Shown in pieces: positions 23,807-36,863 of a stretch of DNA of 64,000 bases (position 1 is the first letter of the stretch; the number at the start of each line of letters is the position of its first letter). Origin of the DNA: Camelus ferus (taxonomy: Eukaryota); the NCBI RefSeq assembly GCF_009834535.1, contig NC_045697.1, positions 22,384,001 through 22,448,000 on the forward strand. Reading direction: 5' to 3'. Position numbers and translations under genes: made by a program. The notes beneath the pieces were generated by a model. It was not told the origin of the DNA. It saw only the letters and a list, made by a program, of their open reading frames with translations, and did not search any database.

Positions 23807-25129
23807 CAAACTTACCAATGATCTGAGGGAGATTTGAATTAAAAAATATAAGTAAAACGAACTTTGTAATTCTTTTATCCCATAGCAGCTCACTTAATAA
23901 GCTTTTACATTTATCCAGGAAATACTGAAAGCTCACACAATGAATGCTTCATGTCAAAGTGCCAAAATTCCTTTGAGTTTTGCGAATACAACTTATTTTC
24001 AGAAAACCGTAACAGTGTCTATTGCAAGGAAATGCATTGGTGCGCCTGTCATGTCAAAACATGAAACAAGTATCTCAGGTATGTAAATGCCTCGAAGAAT
24101 CAAGGGACACTTCATTATATAAAAGCCAATTATCTAAAAATAGATAAACCCTAGTTACTTGTACAGCCAGTCTGGAAACTGGGAAACAACAATAAGCTAG
24201 TAACCAAGTTTATTTTATCCAGCTGCCTTAAATGTCTTGCACACCATACATATGCATATATGGATATGTCAAAACCATGTGAGATGACTTGAATTTTTCA
24301 TCTTTTACCTTCAGATTCTTCAAAAGAGTAGAAAAATTGATAAGGCTAGAAAGAGTTATCTAGAAGAATGTGAAGCTTGAAAAATATCAATTCTAATAAG
24401 TTGAAATTTGACTACAAGTAACAATTTCTCTGTCCTTTTTGGCATACCTTCAGAGGACAGCAGCTGGGACCCACATATCTCTGATTAGGTGGTATGCTTA
24501 GGAATAATACATTATTTGTAAAGTCATCTATTATATGTTGTACCTATTATATGTTGAATTAAAAAATAAACTTTTTGGCAATTTGTATCAATGCCACCAG
24601 GAACTGATCATCTCTTCAATAAAAATAGTTTCGACATTTCCAACTGAATCCTTTCTCTTTGTATTATAAAATTGCAACATTTCTAGAAATACTAAATGGA
24701 AAATGCCAAAGAATAAACTGAGATATGGTGCATACTGTTGCTTTATTTAATCAAAATGCAGCAAATAAAGACCTTTCAATCTACATAGGGGGAACTTAAT
24801 AATACATGAAAGACTATGTTAGCATTTATTTTAACATGAGTCTTTTGGAGATATAAAGACACTAGCAATGCTTATAATCTAGGGTAAAATTATGAACTGT
24901 GTAAAACGTATGACAGTGTCCATCTGGGAATTAAGAAAAGTTTAGAGAGGCCTTTATATTAACTGATAAAAGTTAAACCTCAAATTCAAGGAGTTTTACA
25001 GAAAGTGAAAGTATCTTCTAATAATAGAAGTTCTCTCATGAAATCTGGAGAAAGATTGGGTTTCATAGTGTCATCAGTGAACTTCCTGTAACACCATCTG
25101 CTTTCACTATAAATTAATTTTTATCTGCA

Positions 25130-25132
25130 TGT

Positions 25133-25163
<31 letters not shown>
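25130..25163. repeat. Interrupted (TG)n microsatellite
   Basis: Direct reading. Confidence 0.95.
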
Positions 25164-25164
<1 letters not shown>

Positions 25165-26151
25165 ACAGATGGATGGAGAAATAAGTGGATGAGATTTTTT
25201 TTGTTTGTAGATGTGTCAGACTTTTATATGCCCAGAAGGGAGTTTTTAACTCCATTGCAAATATATATAGTGCATTGAGTGGACTCATGAGTAAGTTGTC
25301 AAGACAAACATTTAAAACAAAGATGTTAGAAAGCGTTTCGGAACTAATGAACTTCCTTCTGAAATCATCATGTCTGTTAATGGTACCTCCTACCCACCCC
25401 CAAACATGTGGGGCTGATCTAAATACAGCATCCTACGGAACTTCAGAGTAGCTTGTTAACCGTCCATGAACTGTGAAACACCACACATGTGACCCCAAAA
25501 CAGTGTTTGACAAGTAACACAATAATAGGACAATAATAGGAACAGTGTGTCTCAAACTTCTCAAACCTAATAGCCGAAGGGTAAGTGAACTCAAGCATTG
25601 AGAACTGAGAGGCATAACATCCTGTTGGAATGTGGCAAGCTGGATGGTTCCCTTTTGAAGTCAATCATGAAAAACATATGATGTTTGTTTTAATATACAG
25701 TGTTTTAAATTATTAACAAACGGTGGGGTTTAGTTTCCTACTTATGTTAATAGTAAGTGGAAGATCAACTATTACATTGAATGTACCAACTAAAAGAAAT
25801 GAGCTGGGATTATAATAGGTGACATTCTAGCAAGTTTTTTCATTGCTATTTTTCCATAGTGTTTTCATAACCTAGCCTTACATTAATAACATAACTAAGT
25901 AATAACTGTTACTTTTACATTTAATGTGATCAGGTAATTACTAAGGTGTATTGTCTAAGCAACTGGCCAATAAATAAAACATTGGTGGAAATTTAATTTT
26001 GGAGGGTGATGGGGAAGTGGGGAGGAGAATGCACAACTGTTTGCTCTGTGGTGAATGGAATGAATCTTTGATCCATGGGTCAGTCTCTGTGAGTGCTTCA
26101 GGGCAATAATCACCAAAACGTTTTTCAGTGAAGAAAAATAATTAGTGATGT

Positions 26152-27021
26152 TATTATTATTTTTTTAAATGAAGTATTGTCAGTTTACAATGTGTCAATT
26201 TCTGGTGTGCAGCATAATGTTTCAGTCATATGTATACATACATACATTCATCTCATATTCCTTTCGTTATAAGTTATGACCAGAAATTGAATATAGTCCC
26301 CCATGCTACACAGTAGAAACCTGTTGCTTATCTATTTTATATATACTAGTTAATATTTGCAAATCACAAACTCCCAATTTATCCCTTCCCACCCCATTTC
26401 CTCCAGTAACCATAAGATTGTTTACTATGTCTGTGAGTCTGTTTCTGTTTCGTAGGTGAATTCATTAGTGTCTTCTTTTTTCTTATTTTTACATTCCACA
26501 TATGAGTGGTATCATGTGGTATTTTTCTTTCTCTTTTTGGCTTAGTTCACTTAAAGTGATGATCTTCAGAGTCATCCATGTTGCTGCAAATGGCATTATT
26601 GTATTGTTTTTTATGACTGGGTAGTATTCCATTGTCTAAATACACCACAACTTCTTTATCCAATCATCTGTTGGTGGACATTTAGGTTGTTTCCATGTCT
26701 TGGCTTTTGTATATAGTGCTGCTATGAACACTGGGGTGCATGTATATTTTCAAATTGGAGTTCCCTCCTGATATATGCCCAGGAGCAGGATTGCTGGATT
26801 ATATGGTAAGCCTATTTTTAGTTTTTTGAGGAATCTGCATATTGTTTTCCATAATGGCTGCACCAAACTGCATTTCCACCAGCAATGTAGGAGGGTTGCC
26901 TTTTCTCCACACCCTCGCCAGCATTTATTGTTTGTTGACTTTTAAATTATGGCCATTCTGACTGGTGTGAAGTAGTATCTCATTGTGGTTTTGATTTGCA
27001 TTTTCTCTGATAATTAGTGAT
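26152..27021 (-). mobile_element. Camelid L1, 5'-truncated, about 870 bp (ORF2 end plus 3'UTR)
   Basis: Poly-T/ttta start, gtcagtttacaatgtgtcaatttctggtgt, aaactcccaatttatcccttccc, catccatgttgctgcaaatggcatt, ggccattctgactggtgtga; ataattagtgat at both ends. Confidence 0.92.
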
Positions 27022-28289
27022 ACTCACTGGTGATGCTACTCCTTACTTTCCCACTAAAGCTGTGATTTAAACCACATAGAGATGAATTAAGAGTTCCAGT
27101 CAGATCACAATCCTCAGGATCATTTCTCCTCATCCAGTTCCTACACTTTTGTTGTCTTAGTACTTTTGCTGCCATATTGTTTTTTTAGTTTTGCTTTAAG
27201 CCATAAAAATATTGATAGTTTTTGCCTTGAAGTTGCTCTTTAAGAGTATTAAACCTTGGGAACATGTCCACAAAGCTACTCAACTTGGTGGGGTATGGCT
27301 CATTAAAGTGAAGACTAAATTCATTGTCTTAATTGAACTTTAAAGTCTTTGCTTCTTTTTTCTTTTTCTTTCTTTTTTTTTTTTTTTTCCCTCATAAGGA
27401 AGAAATAAAATCAGCAACAAGAAAAACTCTGGCTTCAAAAACTGTCAACACCTTCTATGTGCTGAAAAGGTGTGGCAAGGTGCCTTTGCAAATAACCACT
27501 TGTTTTTCTTTCCACACAACTTCCCATTTTATCATTGCATTGACTACCTTGCGATAACTAAGAGATAATACCTTTGAGACATTATCGGTAATAATCTGAG
27601 TTTACAAAAATTTTGTTTTGAGATGCCACTCACATTCTTTGGCTTCCTATGGATTTAGCTCCATCTGGGCATGGTTCCAGAATTGATTATTATTATTTTT
27701 TAAGGCTCAAATTTGCTTGCTAAAAAAATTTACATACCTTAAAATATTTTTAACATCTCCTTTTCTGCAAATTAATTGTTTTGTAGAGACTATTATATAA
27801 GCAAAGTATAAATATAATAGCTACTATGATAAAAGAAACTATCTTTTAATCAATAGCTCAAATATATCATTTAAATGCATCATTAGCTTTATAAAATAAG
27901 GTCAGCTTTTCCAGTTATGCTGCTTTTTAATACAAAGCTCATTTGTCTATAAAAACCAAAAACTTAACCAAAATTTCTCCTTATTACATAAGCTCTTCCT
28001 AGAAGATCATAAGGCTGATAAATAAAATTTTAGCCTTTAAAAAATGTTCATGTTGAATTGAACTTGTAAATGTATTATTTCTATGCCAGGCATCTCAAAT
28101 TTAATTGAATAAAATTCTTCTATTCATTCAACTTTTCATTTTTAATGAAAATGACTTTCAAATATTGCCAGAGCAATGATTTCATACATGTGGTAGATTG
28201 ATTTCAACTATGTCTGCAATAATCCGCCCACTGCCGTATCATCCCTTCCCAGTTTTGCTTCTCATACCGCCCATCAGGAGGTGCAGGCT

Positions 28290-28742
28290 CTATCCTGTGG
28301 CCACGGCAACAAACCATAAATTTTGAGACTAAAAGCAACAAAAATTTATTTTCTTATGGTTCTGACTGCCAGAAATCAAAAATTAAGGTGTTTAACAGAG
28401 TCACACTCCTTCTGAAGGCTCTAGAAGAGAATCTTCCCCTGTCTCTTCCAGCCTCTGGTGACTATCAACATTTCTTTGTGGCTGCTTCACTCCAGTCTTG
28501 GCCGTTGACCTCATGTGGCCTCTCCACTTCTCTGTCTGTGCCTTCTCCTCTTCTGTCCATTATAAGAACCCTTGTCATGAGGTTTGGAGCTTGCCTAAAG
28601 ATATGCAGGATGGTCTCATTACAAGGTCCTTTAATTTACTTACATCTGCAAAGACCTTTTTTCCAAATAAGGTCCCATTCAAGGGATCTTGTTCTTAGAA
28701 CATGGACATATCTTTTGGGAGGATGTCATGTAACCCACTACA
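28290..28742 (-). mobile_element. MLT1C-like MaLR LTR
   Basis: caacaaaaatttattttctta..ctgaaggctctagaagagaatc..acatctgcaaagacctttttccaaataaggtc..acatggacatatcttttggg..aacccactaca. Confidence 0.85.
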
Positions 28743-28838
28743 CCAGTGTTTAAAAATCTGGACTCATTTTCTGATGAGCTTTGATAGTTAATTACGGCAG
28801 AATAGACATTGGCTCAAGTGGCATTCAGCTTCTGCTTC

Positions 28839-29385
28839 TGTTAGAGGAGATTAGGTTCTTGTCACATCACAGAAAGAATTCAGAAATGAGACACGGAGAT
28901 CAAGAAATTAAAGTGACGAATTATTAAGGGATAGATAGGATGCTTTTCTTCTACACATAGGGTTAAAAATGAATTGGTGGAATATTCATCAGGTAAGGAG
29001 GGCTCTGGGGTTGTATTTCCTGATTTCCATCCCAGCTCCACCTTCCCGAGGGGTGGAGGGATTTTTGTCCCTATTTAGTCTTGACTGGAAGTGTCATGGT
29101 GTCAATGCATGATGGGTACTTCTAATCTGCAAGGCTAATTTTATGGTGATGAGGGCATAATGTGCAAAAGGTTACATTCGGACATTGGATTTTTCCTTTC
29201 ACACATTTCTTTGCCTGCCTCTAGGATACTTGTCACCCAAAATGTGTGATTTCTTATCAATATGGAAGTTCCTGCTTTTCTCTGTCTGCTCAGGGACCCC
29301 CATTGTTCACGAGATATATGGTTTCCTGCTGTTTGGCCCACGTCCTCTTTCTTTGCTCATATCTAGGTATCTGCCTGCTCTAACA
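28839..29385 (-). mobile_element. ERV1-class solo LTR (lineage-specific)
   Basis: Perfect 8-bp terminal inverted repeats TGTTAGAG...CTCTAACA; flanks cttc/cttt (4-bp TSD, one mismatch); reverse complement begins TGTTAGAGCAGGCAGATACCTAGATATGAGC. Confidence 0.85.
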
Positions 29386-29725
29386 CTTTTACCTTGCTCG
29401 GACACAGCCCTAAGAGTATTATGCAAAAAATTCTCATCTAGCCTATTGAATCATGAAAAGCCATATGGAACAAAGTCAGAACTTTACAGCAGAGGCACTC
29501 TTGACCTCCACACAGCCCAAGCTGCCAATTATGAATGGAGCTACCATAGCACTGAGCCCTAGTCAATCATCAGATAAATGTAGCTGCATGTGGGAGCACA
29601 GAAAAGACCAGCAGAAGAATTGCCTGTCTAGGTCTAGCCAAAATTGTTGACAGAATAGTGAGCAAATTAAATAGTTTGTTTTAACTTACCAAGTTTTGGG
29701 TGATTTTTTAAGCATTGATATAGAT

Positions 29726-30030
29726 ATTCGTACCTAGCAATAGGATAGTGCCATAACTAAAACCCCAAACAAGTGGCATTGGCTTTGAGGCAGGATGGTG
29801 GGAATAGGCTGGAAAAATTGCAAGGCTGGAGAAATGGCAAATGAATTATTGGTGGACACTTGAAAAATGCTAACTGAGGCCAAAAAACTGTTGACCTTTA
29901 TTACATAGTTGTGAAAAAAAATTGTCAAAACTATCATCCTTAGTAATATGGAAAATAGAAAATTCTTCTAATGAACATGTGAATCTGACTAAGGAGATTT
30001 TCAACCCATATTAAAAAGGTCAGTTGATTT
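29726..30030 (+). mobile_element. MLT1 internal (MLT-int) 5' segment
   Basis: Directly follows the LTR end: gtacctagcaataggatagtgccataactaaaacc..gtggcattggctttg..ggctggaaaaat. Confidence 0.6.
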
Positions 30031-30104
30031 ATTTTAGTGTTTTCTCATAAGCTTCTGCAGTCTCATGAAAAGACATTCTAAAAGTACACTTGGTAATAAA
30101 CATA

Positions 30105-30515
30105 TATCCATTGTTTATTGCTGTGTAACAAAACAACCCTGAAACTTGGAAGCTTGTAACTGTTTGGTAAGATTCTTCAGGTCAGCTTGGCTTAGGCAAA
30201 GCAAGGCTTCTGCTGGTGTTGCCTAGGCAACTAGTTCATGCAACTGTGTAATGGACAGCTTTATTGGGACTCAGTGATCTAAGAAGGCCTCACTCATATA
30301 TCCTGAAGTTGGGGCTTGCTGTCTGATGGTTGCTCTAGAGGGCCTCAGATGAGCAAGTTGCCTTGCTTTGTGTGTGGCTGCCTTTCCTCTGTTAGGTATG
30401 TTAGGGCTTCTATGTATAGTGATCTCAAGGCAAATTTCCAAGAATGGGAGAATCAATGCTGTCAGATCTCTTGATAACAAAGCTCAGAAGTTGTAAAATA
30501 TCACTTCTATTGAGT
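30105..30515 (-). mobile_element. MLT1H/I-like MaLR LTR
   Basis: tattgctgtgtaacaaaacaaccc..ggcctcactcatatatcctg..ctcagaagttgtaaaatatcacttct. Confidence 0.7.
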
Positions 30516-31873
30516 TAAACTACTTTACATCTCCTTGATAATAAAGTACATATATTTAGTAAGAATCTAAATTATGCTATTTACAAATTTACTAACTATA
30601 GTTGGAGTAGTGTTAAGAGATTCATTTTAAAGTTCATTTCCTCCATTTGAAAGGTGACAGAATGTTTATTTCAACTTTCAATAATTTAAAATGTCTTTGA
30701 ATTTCCCTCATTTATTTGAATAAGTTCATACTTAGCCTCCATTTCCTCAAACTTTCTGTTTTAGCTTCTTATCTATGATCCAAATTGAAAAATATAATTT
30801 TAAAAACACTTTAAAATTATTTTTAAAGTATTAAACAATAAAAATAAAGAAAACAAACAAGACACAGTTTTTCAATGTTGAAGTGAAATATTTAGTCGAA
30901 CATCTGCTAACAGAAAATTTGGTAGAGCACAATTGTCAATGCATTTAGATTTGTGGACATGTGTGTATGCATGTGTGTATGTGTATATGCCTGTGTGATC
31001 ATGAATGAAAATAATAATGCTAATTCATAAAACAATAAACTAAAAAAAAATTTAATGGTGTTAGTCGCCCCATTTTCAAGCTTTTTTGATTGGATTTGGG
31101 GGTGAGGCCTAAGATTAGCTATAGCAACCAGTGAAATAGCACAATTCATTTTGGCTGAATGGGGGGCTCCAGTACTAAGGCCACGGATGCCATGTGTTTC
31201 TTTTACAGCACAAAAATACCCAATATCCCAATATTCAACAGCATATAAATGTTAGTATGTTCACGAAAGAAAAGAAAGGATTAGATTAGTTACAACAGAA
31301 AGCTGGGTCTACAGTTTTGCTTGCCCAGTTTTAATGTCAAAAAAAAATTCCTTAAAATCTTTGAATAAAACCAATTTTTCCTTAAGGTTATTTTTGGAAA
31401 ATATATGGCCTTGCTTGTCCCCAGGCTAGCCTCTGGATAGCTCTATTTTTAGCATATTCCAGTTTGAGAGCTGCAGCTTTAGAGAATGGGTTGGGTGTGG
31501 TCTTTGTGGAATACATGGCCAAAAAGAAATGATAGCTTTGAGAAAGGCTTCAGAGGGTAGGATGGACATAGGATCAGGAATCCAAACCCAGAACTAGGTA
31601 AAATGCAGGGATGGAAGTCCAAAGTCAGGCAGTGTACCGGCAGGACCCATAGCAACAGTCATAATAGAAGCAGAAGTAGGGGCTTCTTTTACAGCTAAAT
31701 CTTGATGTTAAGGTTCAGTAAGGTTAACCTATCTTTTGAGGTATATATGAAGTTGGCTCAATCCTCCTACTTCTATTCTCTGGGCAGTCTCATGCTCTTC
31801 CCCAAATTCTGTGTATTTTCTTGCCCTTACATTCTGGTAGTTTCAAACCCTAACCCGACTGCATCCAGTCTTC

Positions 31874-32371
31874 TCTACTAGTTGCTTATTGCTCCCATAA
31901 CAAATTGCCACAAACAGTGACTTCAGACAACATACGTTTATTATCTCACAGCTGTAGGGGTCAGAAGTGTCACAGGGCCAAAATCAAGGCATTAGCTGGG
32001 CTGCATTCACTTCTAGAGGCTCAAGGGGAGTGATCTCCTGTACCAACCTGTTTCTAGAGGCTGAACGTATTCCTTGTGTTCCCGCGCCCCTCCTCCATCT
32101 TTAAAGCCAGCAAGAGCGGGTTGAGACTCTAACATCGTATCACTCTGATGACCTCTTTGACCTCTCTCTTCTATTTTAAAGGGTCACTGTCATGACATTG
32201 GGCTTGTACAGATAATCAGGACATTCTCCCTTTTCTAAGGTAAGCTGATTTAGCAACCTTTCTTTCATCTACTACCTTAATTTCTCTTTGCCATGGGAGG
32301 TCCCATATTCACAGGTTGCAGGGATGAGGATACAGGATACATCTCTGAAGGGCCATTATCTTTCCCATCAC
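31874..32371 (-). mobile_element. MLT1D-like MaLR LTR
   Basis: ataacaaattgccacaaac..aaaatcaaggc..tctagaggctcaagggga..cctcctccatctttaaagccagcaa..atattcacaggttgcagggatgagga..gggccattatc..catcaca. Confidence 0.88.
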
Positions 32372-33099
32372 ATCTTCCACAGCTGTTTTCTTTTTCTCAT
32401 GCTAGATTTTGCCTTTTCTGGACCTCAGTCTCTGATTTCCATAAAAAATTCATAGGCATAAAAGACTGTTACAAATGTTGGGGATGACAGTTTACACTAA
32501 TAAAACGAAACTATACAAAACATTAAATGTTTTTTATTTCCAAAAATAACCTCATGTCAACTGGGAAATATTCTTTTGTTTTTGTTTTTTCACTCTTAGA
32601 TGGAAGGAAAAGGATATTCTTGTTTTTTTAATAATTTGGAAATGGGAATGTGTAGAGAAACCATGAGAAAAAACGTAGTCTCACATGATTGCTGTTTTGA
32701 ACAGACACTGCTGGCAGCTGGGGTACGTTTGCCTCCATCCTGATGGTGGGGTGGGGCCCACAGCATTCATGACAGGTTGGCAGGCTCCTCATCACACAGC
32801 TGTGAAGAGAAAGTACCCCAATTTGGAACATTCTCACAAAACTTTGATTTTACAACAAGACTAAGAAAAACCTTCAGTTTAATCTTAATCTAAATCTAAA
32901 TCTAAGTCATGTTTGTGAAGTACTGATGTTCTTTCATTTGCAGCCTTCCTGACAGTGAGCTAGAGTTGATAATGTGATACGATATTTGATTACACTTCAA
33001 ATAATGATGCCCCCTAAACCTTCATTTTGTTCTTTAGCAGTAGGATATAATTTTTAGGGTGGACAAAGACCCAAGGTATAAATATTTATCAGTCAAACA

Positions 33100-33460
33100 C
33101 TCATGACAATCCTATAGCCCATGGCCAGTAATTGCCATATTGGAGGTGGGGAGAAGACTCTGTGGCCACAAAGCCCCAATTATTCCAACTGTCTCTTCCT
33201 GCTTTGAGTGATATCTAATAAGGACCTGATCACAGAAACTCTCTTTCAACTCTGAGGTTAAATCATCTTCTGAGGATATCAGAGGGGAAGATGAGAAGAG
33301 ACTAGGTCCCTCATGGTATCACTGAGCCCCTGGACCAAGACTGGAACTGCTTTCCAGTAATTAAGTGGACTCCGGATTGACTGAGAGAATAAACAAGAGC
33401 CTTTATTGTTCAACCTACTTTTATTTGGTATTCTGAGACTTCTGCCAAAGCATAATAAAA
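33100..33460 (+). mobile_element. MLT1K/L-like LTR fragment
   Basis: actaggtccctcatggtatcactgagcccctggacca..gagagaataaac..ttattgttcaacctacttttatttggtattctg. Confidence 0.5.
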
Positions 33461-33538
33461 GCTAGGAAGTTCTACTTAGAACAAGCAAGAGCATTATAAA
33501 AACTTAAAATGTGGAAAATTTGAAAATCTGGAAGAAGC

Positions 33539-33930
33539 TATCTTAGCTCAAGCTGCATAACAAAATGCCACAGACTGGGTGACTTCAATGACAGAAACTT
33601 ATTTCTCAAAGTTCTGGAGCCTGGGAAATTCAAGATCAGGGTGCTGACAGATTTGCATCCTGGTGAGAGCTTGCTTCCTGGATTGCGGATGGCCACCTTC
33701 TCGCTGTGCACTGACGTGGTCTCACCTCCGTGTGCATGTGACCCGAGCAAGAGTGGGCTCCCTGATATCTCTTCTTATAAGGACGCTAAACCTAGTGGAT
33801 CGGGGTCCTACTCTAATGACCTCACTTCACCTTAGTTATCTCCTTAAAAGCCCTGTCTCCAAATCCAGTCACATTGGGGGTTAGGTTGTCAACATATGAA
33901 TTTCAGGACACATAGCTTCAGTCCATATCA
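33539..33930 (-). mobile_element. MLT1A0-like solo LTR
   Basis: Perfect 5-bp TSD GAAGC (33534-33538, 33931-33935); ataacaaaatgccacagactgggtgactt..tccaaatccagtcacattgggggttagg..caacatatgaattt. Confidence 0.92.
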
Positions 33931-33937
33931 GAAGCTA

Positions 33938-34265
33938 AATATATAAGTATATATAGTATATAAAAATGTCACATTTAATTATACTATATTTACTAAATTC
34001 ATAATCAGATATAGTAAATTATGTGTAATATGGTATACAATGTATTATATATTATACATTTCATTACTTAATATATTAAGATAGTATACAACATATCTCA
34101 TATGAAAAATAATATATAATGACATATAATATATAGCACTTTAGGTCTAACAGGTAAAAGATTATATAGTATAGTTATAGATTATGTAATCTATTATCTA
34201 TTACAGAAATTAACAATGTTATATACTAATTAAAATGTAATAATGCTCATATTCACATATATTTA
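33938..34265. repeat. AT-rich low-complexity tract
   Basis: Near-continuous (TA)-rich sequence. Confidence 0.7.
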
Positions 34266-35277
34266 CCTATTTTTTAAACTTGGAAATGTGTTTAAAAATT
34301 CCACTTTTTAAAATCAATATTCTTATTTTTAATCATGAGATTTTTTTTGCTATTAAAAATAGTAGTAGAATGAAATCGTTGTATATACATCTTCATTTGT
34401 ATCTCTGAATATTATTTCCTTAGGGTGAATTCCTAGAAGTAAATGATAATATTTTTAAGAATTTTGAAATATTATCAACTTTGTTTCAGAAAAAACTAAT
34501 TTGCACAAGCATTAATGATAAGATTAGCAATTTCCTACTTTTATGAAAGCACTAGGATTTTCATTATTTTTAACTTTTCATTTTGATGGCAATAAAACAG
34601 CATCACATATTCTTGTTTTCATTCCTTTAGTAACTGTGACATTGAATTCAATTTCAGCAGATGGGGCGCTACTTTCACTTCATTTTTCATAATTTTTAAA
34701 TTTTTATTTAGGGTCCTAAATGGCAGGCAGCTTTCTGAGATGCTTAAAGGCTGGGCTGTGGCCTTGCTGTTGTTGGAGAGCCTGACTCAGGAAACAGCAG
34801 AGCCTGATGTTTGTAAATATTCACTTGAACAGAAGCACATTATATTGTTTGCATAATTTCAACTGGCAAATGATGTAAACCTGAATATAAAAGTTCAGTG
34901 TGTAATAAAAATTGGAGCGTGTTCGCTCCTCTGGCAGGATCAGCAATCATTCCCTCAAATAGCACATTGTTTGCATTAGAAGCAGCCCCTCTCCAGGACA
35001 CCTCCCTGTCTGCAATCTGCCAGCAAGCTGTCAAGTTCACAAATCTACAGTATTCACATCTACAAATCCACAAGCTCTATGAATGCAAATCTTATCCCTT
35101 GGAGTGGTGTCCTGCACAATTTTCACATCAAAGGGCTAACTAAGGCTTCATACCTGGTCAAAACATAAGTTCCAAAGTATTTTCAGAGACTTTTGGTCTT
35201 TTGATTGGTTTACATGTAAATATACTATATATTTTATATACATGCACACACATATTTGTGTCTGTGTATGTATATTT

Positions 35278-35653
35278 AGTTATGGATTGAATGTTTGAGC
35301 TCCCCTACCCTACCCTGGCCAAATTCCTTTGTTGAAATCTAATCCCCAAAATGATGGGATTTGGAGGTAGGGCCTTTGAGAGGTCATGAGGTCATGAGGG
35401 TGAGGCCCTCATGAATGTGATTAATGCCCTTATAAGAAGGGACCAGAGAACTTGCTCATTCTTCTTCCACTATGTAAGGACATAGTGAGAGGTCAGCTTT
35501 CTGCAACCCTGAAGAGGGCTCTCACCAGAACCCAACCATGCTGACACCATGCTCATGGACTTCCAGCCTCCAGAACTGTGAGAAATAAATATTTGTTGTT
35601 TAAGCCACCTGGTCAATGGTAACTTGCTATAGCAACCCAAGCTGACTGAGACA
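35278..35653 (+). mobile_element. MLT1A/MLT1A0 solo LTR
   Basis: tatggattgaatgttt..ggacttccagcctccagaactgtgagaaataaat..tttaagccacc..tatagcaacccaagctgactgagaca. Confidence 0.92.
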
Positions 35654-35975
35654 CACACATACATACATGCATGCACATGCACATACATATTTTTTCATGT
35701 ACCAGATCTATATCTTTTCCTAGTGTTTCCTGTCTTTGTATAGTACAAAGAAAAACTTTCCTTATCATATGAATAAATGTATGCAATTTAATGCTAAGTC
35801 CCTTATTGTTTCTTAATGAAAATTGAATTTACTTTAAAAGTAAATAAAGTTAAAAATTACTTTTTTCCTTTATTTGAAGTTGCAGTTTAAAAAGAAATAG
35901 TTATAGAAAAATGCATCCTTTTTCACATGGATGTGAAAGTCCTAGTTTCTCTCTCTTTCTCCTTATAAATGTATC

Positions 35976-35980
<5 letters not shown>

Positions 35981-36032
<52 letters not shown>
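35981..36032. repeat. Compound microsatellite (CT)15(AT)11
   Basis: Direct reading. Confidence 0.95.
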
Positions 36033-36033
<1 letters not shown>

Positions 36034-36042
36034 CATATTTAT

Positions 36043-36152
36043 AGGAATATTTAAGCTTTACTCTCAGTAAATTTCAGTTATATAATACAGCATTATCAAC
36101 TATAGTCACCATGTTATATATTAGATCCTCAAGCCTTAATCATCTTATAGCT
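36043..36152 (-). mobile_element. L1MA9-like 3'UTR segment (antisense arm of an inverted L1)
   Basis: Reverse complement reads agctataagatg..gaggatctaatatataacatggtgactatagttgataatgctgtattatataactgaaattt. Confidence 0.8.
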
Positions 36153-36863
36153 AAACATACATAGAACTAAGATTACTCCATGGCAAAAACAACAAACAAT
36201 CAAAAAAACAAGCAATTTGACTGAAAACTGGCAAGAGAAACTGAATAGACATTTTCCCAAAGAAGATACACAAATGGCCAGCAGGTACATTAAAAGGTGC
36301 TCAATGTCACAAAATATCAGGAAAATGCAAATCAAAACCACAATGAGATATTGCCTCACATTTTTTAGAGCTGTTATCATCAAAAAGACAAGAGATAACA
36401 GGTGTTGTTGAGGATGTGGAAAAAAGGAAACCCTTGTGCACTGTTGGTGGGAACATAAATTGGTATAGACACTATGAAAACTGTACAGAGGTTTCTCAAA
36501 AAATTAAAAACAAAAATATGATACAGAAATTTCACTACTGGGTATATGCTCAAAGGAAATGAAAACCAGCTATTTATTAAAGAGAAGTCTGCACTCGTGT
36601 TCATTGCATTATTAGTCACAATAGTCAAGATATGGAAACAGCCTAAGTGTCTATTGATCGATGAATGGATAAAGAAACATGTACATACAGTGGAATGTCA
36701 TTCAGCAATGAGAAAGGAGGAAATCCTGCTGTTTTTGACACGTGGATGGAACTTGACAGCATTATGTTAAGTGAAATAAACCAGATGGAGAAAGATAAAT
36801 ACTTCATGATATCACTTATATGAGAAATCTAAAAGAAAAAAGGTGAACTTACAGAAACAGAGA
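36153..36863 (+). mobile_element. L1 ORF2 C-terminus and start of 3'UTR (decayed; sense arm of an inverted L1)
   Basis: ORF-track peptides WQEKLNRHFPKEDTQMA..KRCS..MQIKTTMRY and FIALLVTIVKIWKQPKC..DEWIKK are canonical L1 ORF2p C-terminal motifs, broken by frameshifts. Confidence 0.95.

Larger units (their letters stand above)
28188..29725 (+). mobile_element. MLT1G/H-like MaLR LTR split into three pieces (28188-28289, 28743-28838, 29386-29725)
   Basis: Start tgtggtagattg..cccatcaggaggtg; end gaccagcagaagaattgcc..acagaatagtgagcaaattaaatagtttgtttta..aagttttggg. Confidence 0.65.

Noticed and set aside
24003..24480. Several short AG...GT-bounded segments on both strands
   Set aside because: Short, with unrecognisable peptides that cannot be chained into a frame; such pseudo-exons are common in mammalian DNA
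28388..29650. ORFs of 121 and 125 aa
   Set aside because: Fall within MLT1C and ERV1 LTR sequence, with no gag/pol/env motifs
34654..34672. CTCF-like cagcagatggggcgcta
   Set aside because: Two extra G bases break the spacing of the CCASYAGRKGGCRS core
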